Shown here piece by piece: positions 56,545 through 64,000 of a stretch of 64,000 nt of DNA. Numbering within the stretch: the first letter of the stretch is position 1; the number at the start of each line of letters is the position of its first letter. This DNA comes from Candidatus Pelagibacter sp. (GTDB taxonomy: Bacteria; Pseudomonadota; Alphaproteobacteria; Pelagibacterales; Pelagibacteraceae): the NCBI RefSeq assembly GCF_052049855.1, contig NZ_JBNGZE010000002.1, positions 211,798 through 275,797 on the forward strand, in the 5' to 3' direction. Position numbers and translations under genes: made by a program. The notes under the pieces were generated by a model that was not told the DNA's origin, did no database searches, and was given only the letters and a program-made list of their open reading frames with translations.

Positions 56545-59500
56545 ATGAATAAAAAATTAAGAGTAAAATCCAGTGAGTATATTGATGAAACTAATAGAAT
56601 TTCCTTTAAATTTAACGGCAAAACTTACCATGGTTTTAAAGGTGATACATTAGCTTCAGCATTACTTGCAAACGATGTTCATTTAGTTGGAAGAAGTTTT
56701 AAATATCATAGACCAAGAGGAATTATGACTTCAGGTTCAGAGGAACCAAATGCTATAGTTCAAATAAACCCTGGTACCAACAGAACAGAACCAAATGTTA
56801 GAGCAACTGAAGTAGAGATTTATGAAGGTTTGGAGGCATCTAGTCAAAATTGTTGGCCGAGTGTAGAATTTGATATTGGTGGAATAAACAATTTTCTCTC
56901 CCCTTTTTTTCCAGCAGGTTTTTATTACAAAACATTTATGTGGCCTGCAAGTTTTTGGGAAAAATATGAATTTTTCATACGACACTCAGCCGGTTTGGGG
57001 AAATCACCAACATCAAGTGATCCTGACATTTATGACCACCGAAATATTCACTGTGATGTATTGGTTGTAGGTGCAGGTATATCAGGAATATTAGCAGCAA
57101 AAAATGCAGCTAAAAATAATTTTAAAACGTTGTTAGTTGATGAAAAAAATGAACTTGGTGGTTCGACTGTTTATGAAAACAATGAATTTAACAAAATTGA
57201 TAATAAAACTCCTTCTGAATGGTTGAAAAAAGAAATAGAGGAACTTAAAAATATTAAAAATCTTGAAATAAAAACTAGAACAAGTGTAGCTGCTTACCAT
57301 CAATATAATTATCTATTGGCTAAAGAAAATCTAACTGATCATTTAGAAGCAAAAGATAAAACAAATAAAATTAGACAAAGACTTCTTAAAATTAGAGCTA
57401 AGAAGGTTATTTTGGCCACAGGTGCATTAGAAAGACCATTGATATTTAATAATAATGATAGACCAGGAATAATGCTTTCATCTGCTATTAAAAAATACAG
57501 TGAATTTTATGGAGTTGCATGTGGTAGTAAAAATGTATTTTTTACTAATAATGATAGTGCTTATGAAAGTGCTTTGTCATTATATAACAAAGGCATCAAT
57601 GTTGGAGCAATCGTTGATATTAGAGACCAATCTGAAAGTAAAATTGTAAAAAAAATAGAAGAAGCAGGTATTAAAATTTACTGGTCACATACAATTGTTG
57701 ATACAGCTGGATACAAAAGATTAAATAGTGTTTCAATAATGAAACTATCTAATGATGGCACTTCAGTTACTGGAAGTAAAATTTCTATTTCATGTGATTG
57801 CTTAGGAGTTGCTGGTGGTTGGACGCCTGCAGTGCATTTATACACACAATCAGGTAGTAAACTTAATTTTGATGAGGAAAAACAGATTTTCTTACCAAAT
57901 CAAAATACATCCGAACAAATAAGTGTAGGATCTTGTGGTGGAGATTTTAAAATTGATGAAATCATTAAAAATTTAAATCAAAAGCTTAAAGATGGTCTAA
58001 ATATTAAAGAAACGGATTTAGATAAAATTAAAGTTGAAATTGATCAGGAAAATTCAAAAAGAAATATTTGGTTGCTACCTTCTGATAAACCTTTGGGTAA
58101 AACTAAACCATTTGTAGATTATCAAAATGATGCAACCGCTAAAGATATCAAATTGGCATTAAGAGAAGGTTTTAGATCTATCGAACATGTTAAGAGATAC
58201 ACAACTACTGGAATGGGAACTGATCAAGGTAAACTAGGAAATATGCATGCGTTAGGCATAATTGCAGATACAGCAGGCGTTAAAATGGGAGAATTAGGGA
58301 CCACAACTTTTAGACCTCCTTACACACCATTAACGTTTGGAACTATTGTAGGTCGAAATGTAGGAAAGTTTTTTGATATTTTTAGAAGAACACCAATGAA
58401 TGATTGGCATGTTGAAAATAAAGCTGAATTTGAAAATGTCGGTCAATGGAAGAGAGCATGGTACTACCCTATTAACGGAGAAACTATGCATCAGGCAGTT
58501 CAAAGAGAAAGTAAAGCTGCTAGAGAAAGTGCTGGTATATTAGATGCCTCTACTCTCGGTAAAATTGATATTCAAGGAAGTGATGCTTCTGAATTTTTAA
58601 ATAGAGTTTATACAAATGCTTGGTCAAAATTACCTATAGGGAAATGTAGATATGGCCTAATGCTAAATGAGGATGGTATGGTTTATGATGATGGAGTTAC
58701 AACAAGATTAGGTGAAAATCATTATCTTATGACCACAACAACTGGTGGTGCTGCTAATGTTTTAGGTAAACTTGAAGATTATCTTCAAACAGAATGGCCT
58801 GAGCTTGATGTGTATTTAACTTCTGTAACAGATCATTATGCTACGGCGAGTTTATGTGGACCTAATAGTAAAAAAATTGTTAAAAAAATAATTCCCGATT
58901 TAGATTTATCAGATGAAAGCTTTCCTCACATGTCATTCAAAGAAGCTAAAATCGGTAATATTGAATGCAGAATAATGAGAATTAGTTTTACTGGAGAACA
59001 CAGCTACGAAATAAATATTCAAGCAAGCTATGGAAAAGATTTATGGGAAAAGTGTATAGAAGCAGGAAAAGAGTTTAACATTACACCTTATGGAACAGAA
59101 ACAATGCACTTATTAAGAGCAGAAAAAGGTTTTATTATTGTTGGTCAAGATACTGACGGAACAATGACCCCTATCGATCTTCAAATGGATTGGATAGTAA
59201 GCAAGAAGAAATACGATTTCATAGGTAAAAGATCTCTTTATAGGTCTGATACAATAAAAGAAGATAGAAAACAATTGGTGGGATTATTAACAGAAGATCC
59301 AAATGTAATTTTAGAGGAAGGAGCGCAAATCGTTTCTGAGTTAAATCAAAGTCCAGTAGAAATGCTTGGACATGTAACTTCAAGTTATTTCAGTCCCAAC
59401 CTTAACAAATCAATCGCACTTGCAGTAGTTAGAGGTGGAAAAGACATGATGGGAAAACAACTTTATGTGCCAATGGAAAATAAAAATATTAATGTCACTG

Positions 59501-59550
59501 TTGCAAATCCAGTGTTTTACGATGAGAAAAATGAGAGTTTAAATGCTTAA
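56545..59550 (+). CDS. soxA: Sarcosine oxidase, alpha subunit
   Basis: GDTLASALLAN, RSFKYHRPRG, KRYTTTGMG.DQGK, GcvT-like C-terminus. ATG 56545 preferred. Confidence 0.95.
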   Translation: MNKKLRVKSSEYIDETNRISFKFNGKTYHGFKGDTLASALLANDVHLVGRSFKYHRPRGIMTSGSEEPNAIVQINPGTNRTEPNVRATEVEIYEGLEASSQNCWPSVEFDIGGINNFLSPFFPAGFYYKTFMWPASFWEKYEFFIRHSAGLGKSPTSSDPDIYDHRNIHCDVLVVGAGISGILAAKNAAKNNFKTLLVDEKNELGGSTVYENNEFNKIDNKTPSEWLKKEIEELKNIKNLEIKTRTSVAAYHQYNYLLAKENLTDHLEAKDKTNKIRQRLLKIRAKKVILATGALERPLIFNNNDRPGIMLSSAIKKYSEFYGVACGSKNVFFTNNDSAYESALSLYNKGINVGAIVDIRDQSESKIVKKIEEAGIKIYWSHTIVDTAGYKRLNSVSIMKLSNDGTSVTGSKISISCDCLGVAGGWTPAVHLYTQSGSKLNFDEEKQIFLPNQNTSEQISVGSCGGDFKIDEIIKNLNQKLKDGLNIKETDLDKIKVEIDQENSKRNIWLLPSDKPLGKTKPFVDYQNDATAKDIKLALREGFRSIEHVKRYTTTGMGTDQGKLGNMHALGIIADTAGVKMGELGTTTFRPPYTPLTFGTIVGRNVGKFFDIFRRTPMNDWHVENKAEFENVGQWKRAWYYPINGETMHQAVQRESKAARESAGILDASTLGKIDIQGSDASEFLNRVYTNAWSKLPIGKCRYGLMLNEDGMVYDDGVTTRLGENHYLMTTTTGGAANVLGKLEDYLQTEWPELDVYLTSVTDHYATASLCGPNSKKIVKKIIPDLDLSDESFPHMSFKEAKIGNIECRIMRISFTGEHSYEINIQASYGKDLWEKCIEAGKEFNITPYGTETMHLLRAEKGFIIVGQDTDGTMTPIDLQMDWIVSKKKYDFIGKRSLYRSDTIKEDRKQLVGLLTEDPNVILEEGAQIVSELNQSPVEMLGHVTSSYFSPNLNKSIALAVVRGGKDMMGKQLYVPMENKNINVTVANPVFYDEKNESLNA

Positions 59551-60106
59551 TTATAATTCAGTTATCAAAAATGAAATTAATCAAGAAAGTGTTTCAGTAA
59601 AAGAAATCTCTCAAGTAATGAAAATTAATTTAAGAGGTAAAAGAAGAGAATTTTTAAAAAATATTGGTAAAAATCTTAATATGATCCTACCTACAGAGGC
59701 AAACACATCAACAACTAGTGATAAATTAACAGCAATATGGCTTAGCCCAGATGAATGGATGATAGTTTCTAACCAGCTTGTAAGTAAGGACGCCATTAAA
59801 TACGAACTACATGAAATGTTATTTAATAGTATTTCAAAAACAAATTTAGGTGCTGTTACTAATGTAACAGATCAATTTGTTCAATTAGAACTTAAAGGCA
59901 AAAATATTTATGAAATTTTTTCAGCAGGATCTCCTTTTAATTTTAATGAATTTAAGGAAAAGAAAGGATCAACAACTCAGACAGTTTTAAATCATATAGA
60001 TGTGATTATGCACCATAAAGATGAAAATGTTGTAAATCTGTTTGTTAGAAGATCTTTTGCTGAACATCTTTGTTCTTGGATTGAAGATTGTGCTTCAAGA
60101 TTATAA
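59543..60106 (+). CDS. soxG: Sarcosine oxidase, gamma subunit
   Basis: INLRG, WLSPDEW, VRRSFAEHL; last gene of soxBDAG. Confidence 0.9.
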   Translation: MLNYNSVIKNEINQESVSVKEISQVMKINLRGKRREFLKNIGKNLNMILPTEANTSTTSDKLTAIWLSPDEWMIVSNQLVSKDAIKYELHEMLFNSISKTNLGAVTNVTDQFVQLELKGKNIYEIFSAGSPFNFNEFKEKKGSTTQTVLNHIDVIMHHKDENVVNLFVRRSFAEHLCSWIEDCASRL

Positions 60107-60108
60107 AC

Positions 60109-60636
60109 TTATTTTTTTCTTCTAAAGTCCCATGGCATTTCAAATTTACCTTGCCAAAGGCCTTTTTTTTCATTTTTAGCATTAATTTCGTTTGATATAT
60201 ATTTTTTTGAGTATTTTCTATAAGCTACTGCATAACCGTTTGAAACTAGCCAAGAATTCAAGTTTAAATTTCTTTTATAACATTCTCCAATAAATCTTTT
60301 GTATCTATCAACATCCAAAATTTTACAAGTTATTACTTTGTTATTTATTTTTTTTTGTAATTTTTGAGTTGAAATTTTTCCACATGGATAATCTTTAGTA
60401 AAAGTAAAAAAAATTATTGTTAAATATGGTTTTTTACACATTTGCTTGAATTCAGGTGCATCAATTCCATGCAATCTTATTTTTTTTGAATTTATTTTTA
60501 TTGTATCACCATCAATAATTTGAGCATTTCCAGAAATTTCTTTAATCTCTTCAGACCTAACATCTTTATATGTGAGAATAAAAAATATCGAACAGATTAT
60601 AATTAAAATTATCGCTTTTCTTTTTGTAAAAAACAT
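60109..60636 (-). CDS. Thermonuclease (SNase-like) family protein
   Basis: N-terminal TM/signal; DGDTI, IRLHGIDAPE, LVSNGYA, GLW.G.F..PW.FR. Confidence 0.88.
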   Translation of the reverse strand: MFFTKRKAIILIIICSIFFILTYKDVRSEEIKEISGNAQIIDGDTIKINSKKIRLHGIDAPEFKQMCKKPYLTIIFFTFTKDYPCGKISTQKLQKKINNKVITCKILDVDRYKRFIGECYKRNLNLNSWLVSNGYAVAYRKYSKKYISNEINAKNEKKGLWQGKFEMPWDFRRKK

Positions 60637-60648
60637 ATTTAAAAAATA

Positions 60649-61986
60649 TTAAATATTAGCCAATTTGTGTTTAATATAATATTTGACATAAAAAAGTAAC
60701 ATCAATGATATCAGCCATTGAAAGATAGCCCAAATATAAAAAAAAGTTTTAAAATCTGCATTTAAATATTTTGCAATGTAAAAGGATAAAACTGGTACTA
60801 TAACATTTCTGGCAATATTATTAACCATTGCTTTTTCAGATTTTTTTAAAGCCATAAAAAATCCATTTGATAAGAAAAATATTGGATAAGCAGGTAAAAT
60901 AAATGCTGAAATCTTAAGGTACATTGAGCCATGCATAATTACCTCTGGGTTTGAAGAAAAGAATTTAGGAACAATGTCAGCACTTATAAAAATAACTACA
61001 CCAGCAATTAACATTAACAATAGACCGTATTTTATTGAGGTGAAATAGGATTGCTCCACTCTATCGTAATATTTTGCTCCAATATTTTGTGCTATTATAG
61101 AAATTATTGCTGTATTAATTCCTAGTATTGGTAACAAAACTACTTGCTCAATTCTTGTGGCAGATCCATATCCTGCTACAGCATATTCACCAAATAATCC
61201 AACATATGTAAAAACAACTGTTGCGGCAATAGAATATCCTAATATGGCAATTGTAATTGGCATTGATTGAAAAAAAATATTTTTTAAGAAAAAAAATTTA
61301 GCTTTGAAATGGTCTAAAGTTATTTGTTTAATTCTTTGATTATTTAATATTTTTATCAGAATAACTAACAAAGATATAAATTGGGCAATTAAAGTTGCTA
61401 TCCCAATACCAGTTATTCCTAATGGTGGTATAAATAAAAAACCAAAAATAAAAATTGGATTTAAAATAATGTTTAAGAAAAAAGAAAATATTAGAACATT
61501 TCTGTAAGTTTTAGTATCTCCTTCTGCGTGTAAGAATGAATTTAATGCTACTACTAAAATAAATAATATTGTACCTAAAAAAATTACATTTATATATTCG
61601 AGACCAAGAATTGTTACTTCTTGAGAGGAATTCATTAATAAGAATATCTTTTCACCAAAAGTAAATCCTAAAATAGATACAACTATCGAGATTATAATCG
61701 AATAAATGATTACATTTCCAAAATAACTTAAAACATTTTTTTCATTTTTTTCTCCAATACTGCTGCCAATCAATGATGTTCCTGCTACGGTAACTCCTAT
61801 GGATGTCGCAATAATCAAAAAATATATCGGAAAAGACTTGCTCAAAGCAGATAAGGCTTCTGGCGATATTTTTCCCGCATAAAAAGTATCTACGATTGTG
61901 TAAAGTGTTTGGAATAAGGTTCCTACACTTGCTGGTACAGCAAGTTTTCTTACTAATAACGAAACTTCATCTTTTAATAAATTCAT
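60649..61986 (-). CDS. MATE family efflux transporter
   Basis: KLAVP, VDT..AG, GDTK, NIILNPIFIFG, GQ/AQNIGA; about 12 TM segments. Confidence 0.9.
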   Translation of the reverse strand: MNLLKDEVSLLVRKLAVPASVGTLFQTLYTIVDTFYAGKISPEALSALSKSFPIYFLIIATSIGVTVAGTSLIGSSIGEKNEKNVLSYFGNVIIYSIIISIVVSILGFTFGEKIFLLMNSSQEVTILGLEYINVIFLGTILFILVVALNSFLHAEGDTKTYRNVLIFSFFLNIILNPIFIFGFLFIPPLGITGIGIATLIAQFISLLVILIKILNNQRIKQITLDHFKAKFFFLKNIFFQSMPITIAILGYSIAATVVFTYVGLFGEYAVAGYGSATRIEQVVLLPILGINTAIISIIAQNIGAKYYDRVEQSYFTSIKYGLLLMLIAGVVIFISADIVPKFFSSNPEVIMHGSMYLKISAFILPAYPIFFLSNGFFMALKKSEKAMVNNIARNVIVPVLSFYIAKYLNADFKTFFYIWAIFQWLISLMLLFYVKYYIKHKLANI

Positions 61987-62000
61987 TAATTTAAGATCTG

Positions 62001-62906
62001 TTAATACTCTTTTTGAAAGATATGTCTTTTTCCTACTGCTTTAGCAAGATTAATTTGTTTTTGCCTCATCCTAAATCTTGATTTTTGATCATCTGTCAGA
62101 TTGTCGTGACAATTTGGACATGAAACGCCCTCTTCATATTTTTTTGATTTTTTATCCTTACGAGATACTGGCTTCCTACAACCGCTACACATTGAGTAAG
62201 AACCAACTTTTAGACCATGTTTTAAACTAATCCTGTTATCAAAAACAAAGCATTCACCTTTCCATAAACTTTTTTTCTTATTTGTTTTTTTAAGATAATT
62301 TAAAATTCCACCATTTAACTGATAAATGTTATTAAACCCTTTATTCTCCAAATATACAGATGCCTTTTCACAACGAATTCCACCAGTACAAAACATAGCT
62401 ATAGGTTGATTTTTTTTTAATTTTTTTAGATATTTTGGAAAATCTCTAAAGTTATCAACATCAGGATTGATTGCTCCCTTAAATGTTCCAACATCATGCT
62501 CAAATGGTTTTCTCGCATCTATAAGAACAGTATCCTTTTCTTTAATCAGTTTATTCCATTTGATTGGATCTACATGGCTATCCTTTTTCTTTATTCTTTT
62601 TTTTAAAATTAAATTCATAGGAACAACCTCGTTTTTGATTTTCACTTTAGGTTTATGAAATGGTTGGAATAAGCTTTTAGACTTATTGCTGCTGTTAAAT
62701 TCTTTAAAATTAAAAGTTTTTTTTAAATTGTTAATTGTGAATTTAATGTCTGCAGCTTTACCAGAGATAGTTCCGTTTAACCCCTCTTTAGAGATTATTA
62801 TTGTACCTCTAATGTTTTTCTTTTTTAAAGTTTCTAATAAAACTTTTTGATTTTTCTTTAGATAAGAAATTTTGACAAATTTATAAAAACCAACTACTTC
62901 AAACAT
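62001..62906 (-). CDS. trhO: O2-dependent tRNA U34 hydroxylase (rhodanese-domain, YceA type)
   Basis: FYKF, GT..IS.EG.NGT, IDAR..FE..VG.F, MFCTGGIRCEKAS, GGIL.Y, G.CFVFD.R. Confidence 0.88.
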   Translation of the reverse strand: MFEVVGFYKFVKISYLKKNQKVLLETLKKKNIRGTIIISKEGLNGTISGKAADIKFTINNLKKTFNFKEFNSSNKSKSLFQPFHKPKVKIKNEVVPMNLILKKRIKKKDSHVDPIKWNKLIKEKDTVLIDARKPFEHDVGTFKGAINPDVDNFRDFPKYLKKLKKNQPIAMFCTGGIRCEKASVYLENKGFNNIYQLNGGILNYLKKTNKKKSLWKGECFVFDNRISLKHGLKVGSYSMCSGCRKPVSRKDKKSKKYEEGVSCPNCHDNLTDDQKSRFRMRQKQINLAKAVGKRHIFQKEY

Positions 62907-63556
62907 TATAATTTTCTACAAACAGTCATACCATCACCAAGAGGAATTATTAACTTTTCAACTCTTGTATCCTTTGAGATATGACTATTAAACTCTTTAA
63001 TATTTTTAGTAAATTTATCATTATTGTTTTCATTCACAACTTCTCCATACCATAAAACATTATCAATGATTATTAGACCATTTTTGTTCAATAATTGTAA
63101 AGAACGTTCATAGTATTCAATATAATTCATTTTATCAGCATCAATAAAAACTAAATCAAACTTTTCATTTTTAATTTCATCTAAACTTTCTAAAGCAGGT
63201 TTAATTAATGTTTTTATTTTATGATCTTGCTTAGCTTTTTTGAAAAAATCTGTTGCAACTTTATTAGTTTCTTTATTTTTATCTAAAGCAATTATTTTGC
63301 CATCATCTGATAATGCTAAAGCCATAGATAACGTACTTAATCCTGTAAATGTACCTATCTCTAAAATGTTTTTAATATTTGAAATTTTTATAATTAAATG
63401 CAGAAATTGACTTTGTGAAATTGAGATTTGCATTCTTTTGATATCACCAAGAGAAGTGTTGTAATCAATTATTTCTTTTTGGACTGGATGTAAATTAAAT
63501 CCATGACTTAAAATATAATCTTGGAGTTCTTTAGTTATATTAAGGTCTGAACCCAT
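62906..63556 (-). CDS. Class I SAM-dependent O-methyltransferase (CCoAOMT/TrmR-like)
   Basis: MQIS..Q.QFL, LEIGTFTGLS, FIDADK.NY, IDNVLW.G, GDG.T. Confidence 0.88.
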   Translation of the reverse strand: MGSDLNITKELQDYILSHGFNLHPVQKEIIDYNTSLGDIKRMQISISQSQFLHLIIKISNIKNILEIGTFTGLSTLSMALALSDDGKIIALDKNKETNKVATDFFKKAKQDHKIKTLIKPALESLDEIKNEKFDLVFIDADKMNYIEYYERSLQLLNKNGLIIIDNVLWYGEVVNENNNDKFTKNIKEFNSHISKDTRVEKLIIPLGDGMTVCRKL

Positions 63557-63561
63557 AAATT

Positions 63562-63999
63562 CTAAAGTTTTTTCTTTAAAATCTCATTAACTAATTGAGG
63601 ATTTGCTTTTCCACCAGAAACTTTCATTACTTGTCCAACAAAGAAACCAAATAATTTAACTTTACCTGATTTATATTCGGTAGCTTTATCTCTGTTATCA
63701 TCAATAACCTTATCTATCAGCGCCTCAAGTGCTTTTGGATCACTCTCTTGTTTTAAACCTTTTTCTTCAACAATTTTTTTAGGATCCTGGTCGCCTTTCA
63801 TCATTTGTTCAAATACTGTTTTTGCAATTTTTCCTGAAATTGTTCCATCTTTAATCAAATTTATTAACTTTGATAAATTGCCTGCACTTATAGGGCTTTC
63901 AGTTATTTCTAAATTTTTTTCATTTAACGCTGCAAATAATTCACCAATTATCCAATTTGTTGCAAGTTTTACATCAGATTTTTTAATTACATTTTCAAA
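63562..63999 (-). CDS. gatB: Asp/Glu-tRNA amidotransferase subunit B, C-terminal part (runs off right edge)
   Basis: Frame stays open to the window edge: NWIIGEL...ISGKIAK...GFFVGQVMK...GKANP. Confidence 0.93.
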   Translation of the reverse strand, partial: FENVIKKSDVKLATNWIIGELFAALNEKNLEITESPISAGNLSKLINLIKDGTISGKIAKTVFEQMMKGDQDPKKIVEEKGLKQESDPKALEALIDKVIDDNRDKATEYKSGKVKLFGFFVGQVMKVSGGKANPQLVNEILKKKL

Positions 64000-64000
64000 G

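Overview
AT-rich, very compact alphaproteobacterial chromosome segment; gene content, spacing and the SAM-V riboswitch point to SAR11/Pelagibacterales (inference). It holds about 75 CDS, mostly core genes: tgt, recG, the mltB-rlpA-like-dac-tmk-holB-metG-tatD block, nhaA, glpX, hom, argC, rplM-rpsI, metY, plsX, hppA, the rib cluster, glyA, hemB, the recO-rnc-lepB-acpS-pdxJ-pyrE-RSH-folK-smpB-dapA block, slt, soxBDAG, trhO and gatB. There are five tRNAs and a tandem SAM-II/SAM-V leader before metY. I found no rRNA, CRISPR array, IS element or prophage structural genes. Best candidate for an undescribed system: a lone Cre-like tyrosine recombinase (19958-20911) with a 15-7-15 imperfect inverted repeat 2 bp upstream of its start codon. 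It sits where gene orientation flips from mostly + to mostly -, and two KOPS-like octamers point at it. Together these suggest a single-recombinase, lox/dif-like chromosome dimer resolution module at the terminus; this is a hypothesis. Other leads: a G8 tract in a fused double glycosyltransferase, an 11-bp cross-helix between the two SAM aptamers, a trhO/O-methyltransferase pair, and several degenerate or shortened enzymes. All protein calls come from motif recognition by eye, not database searches.
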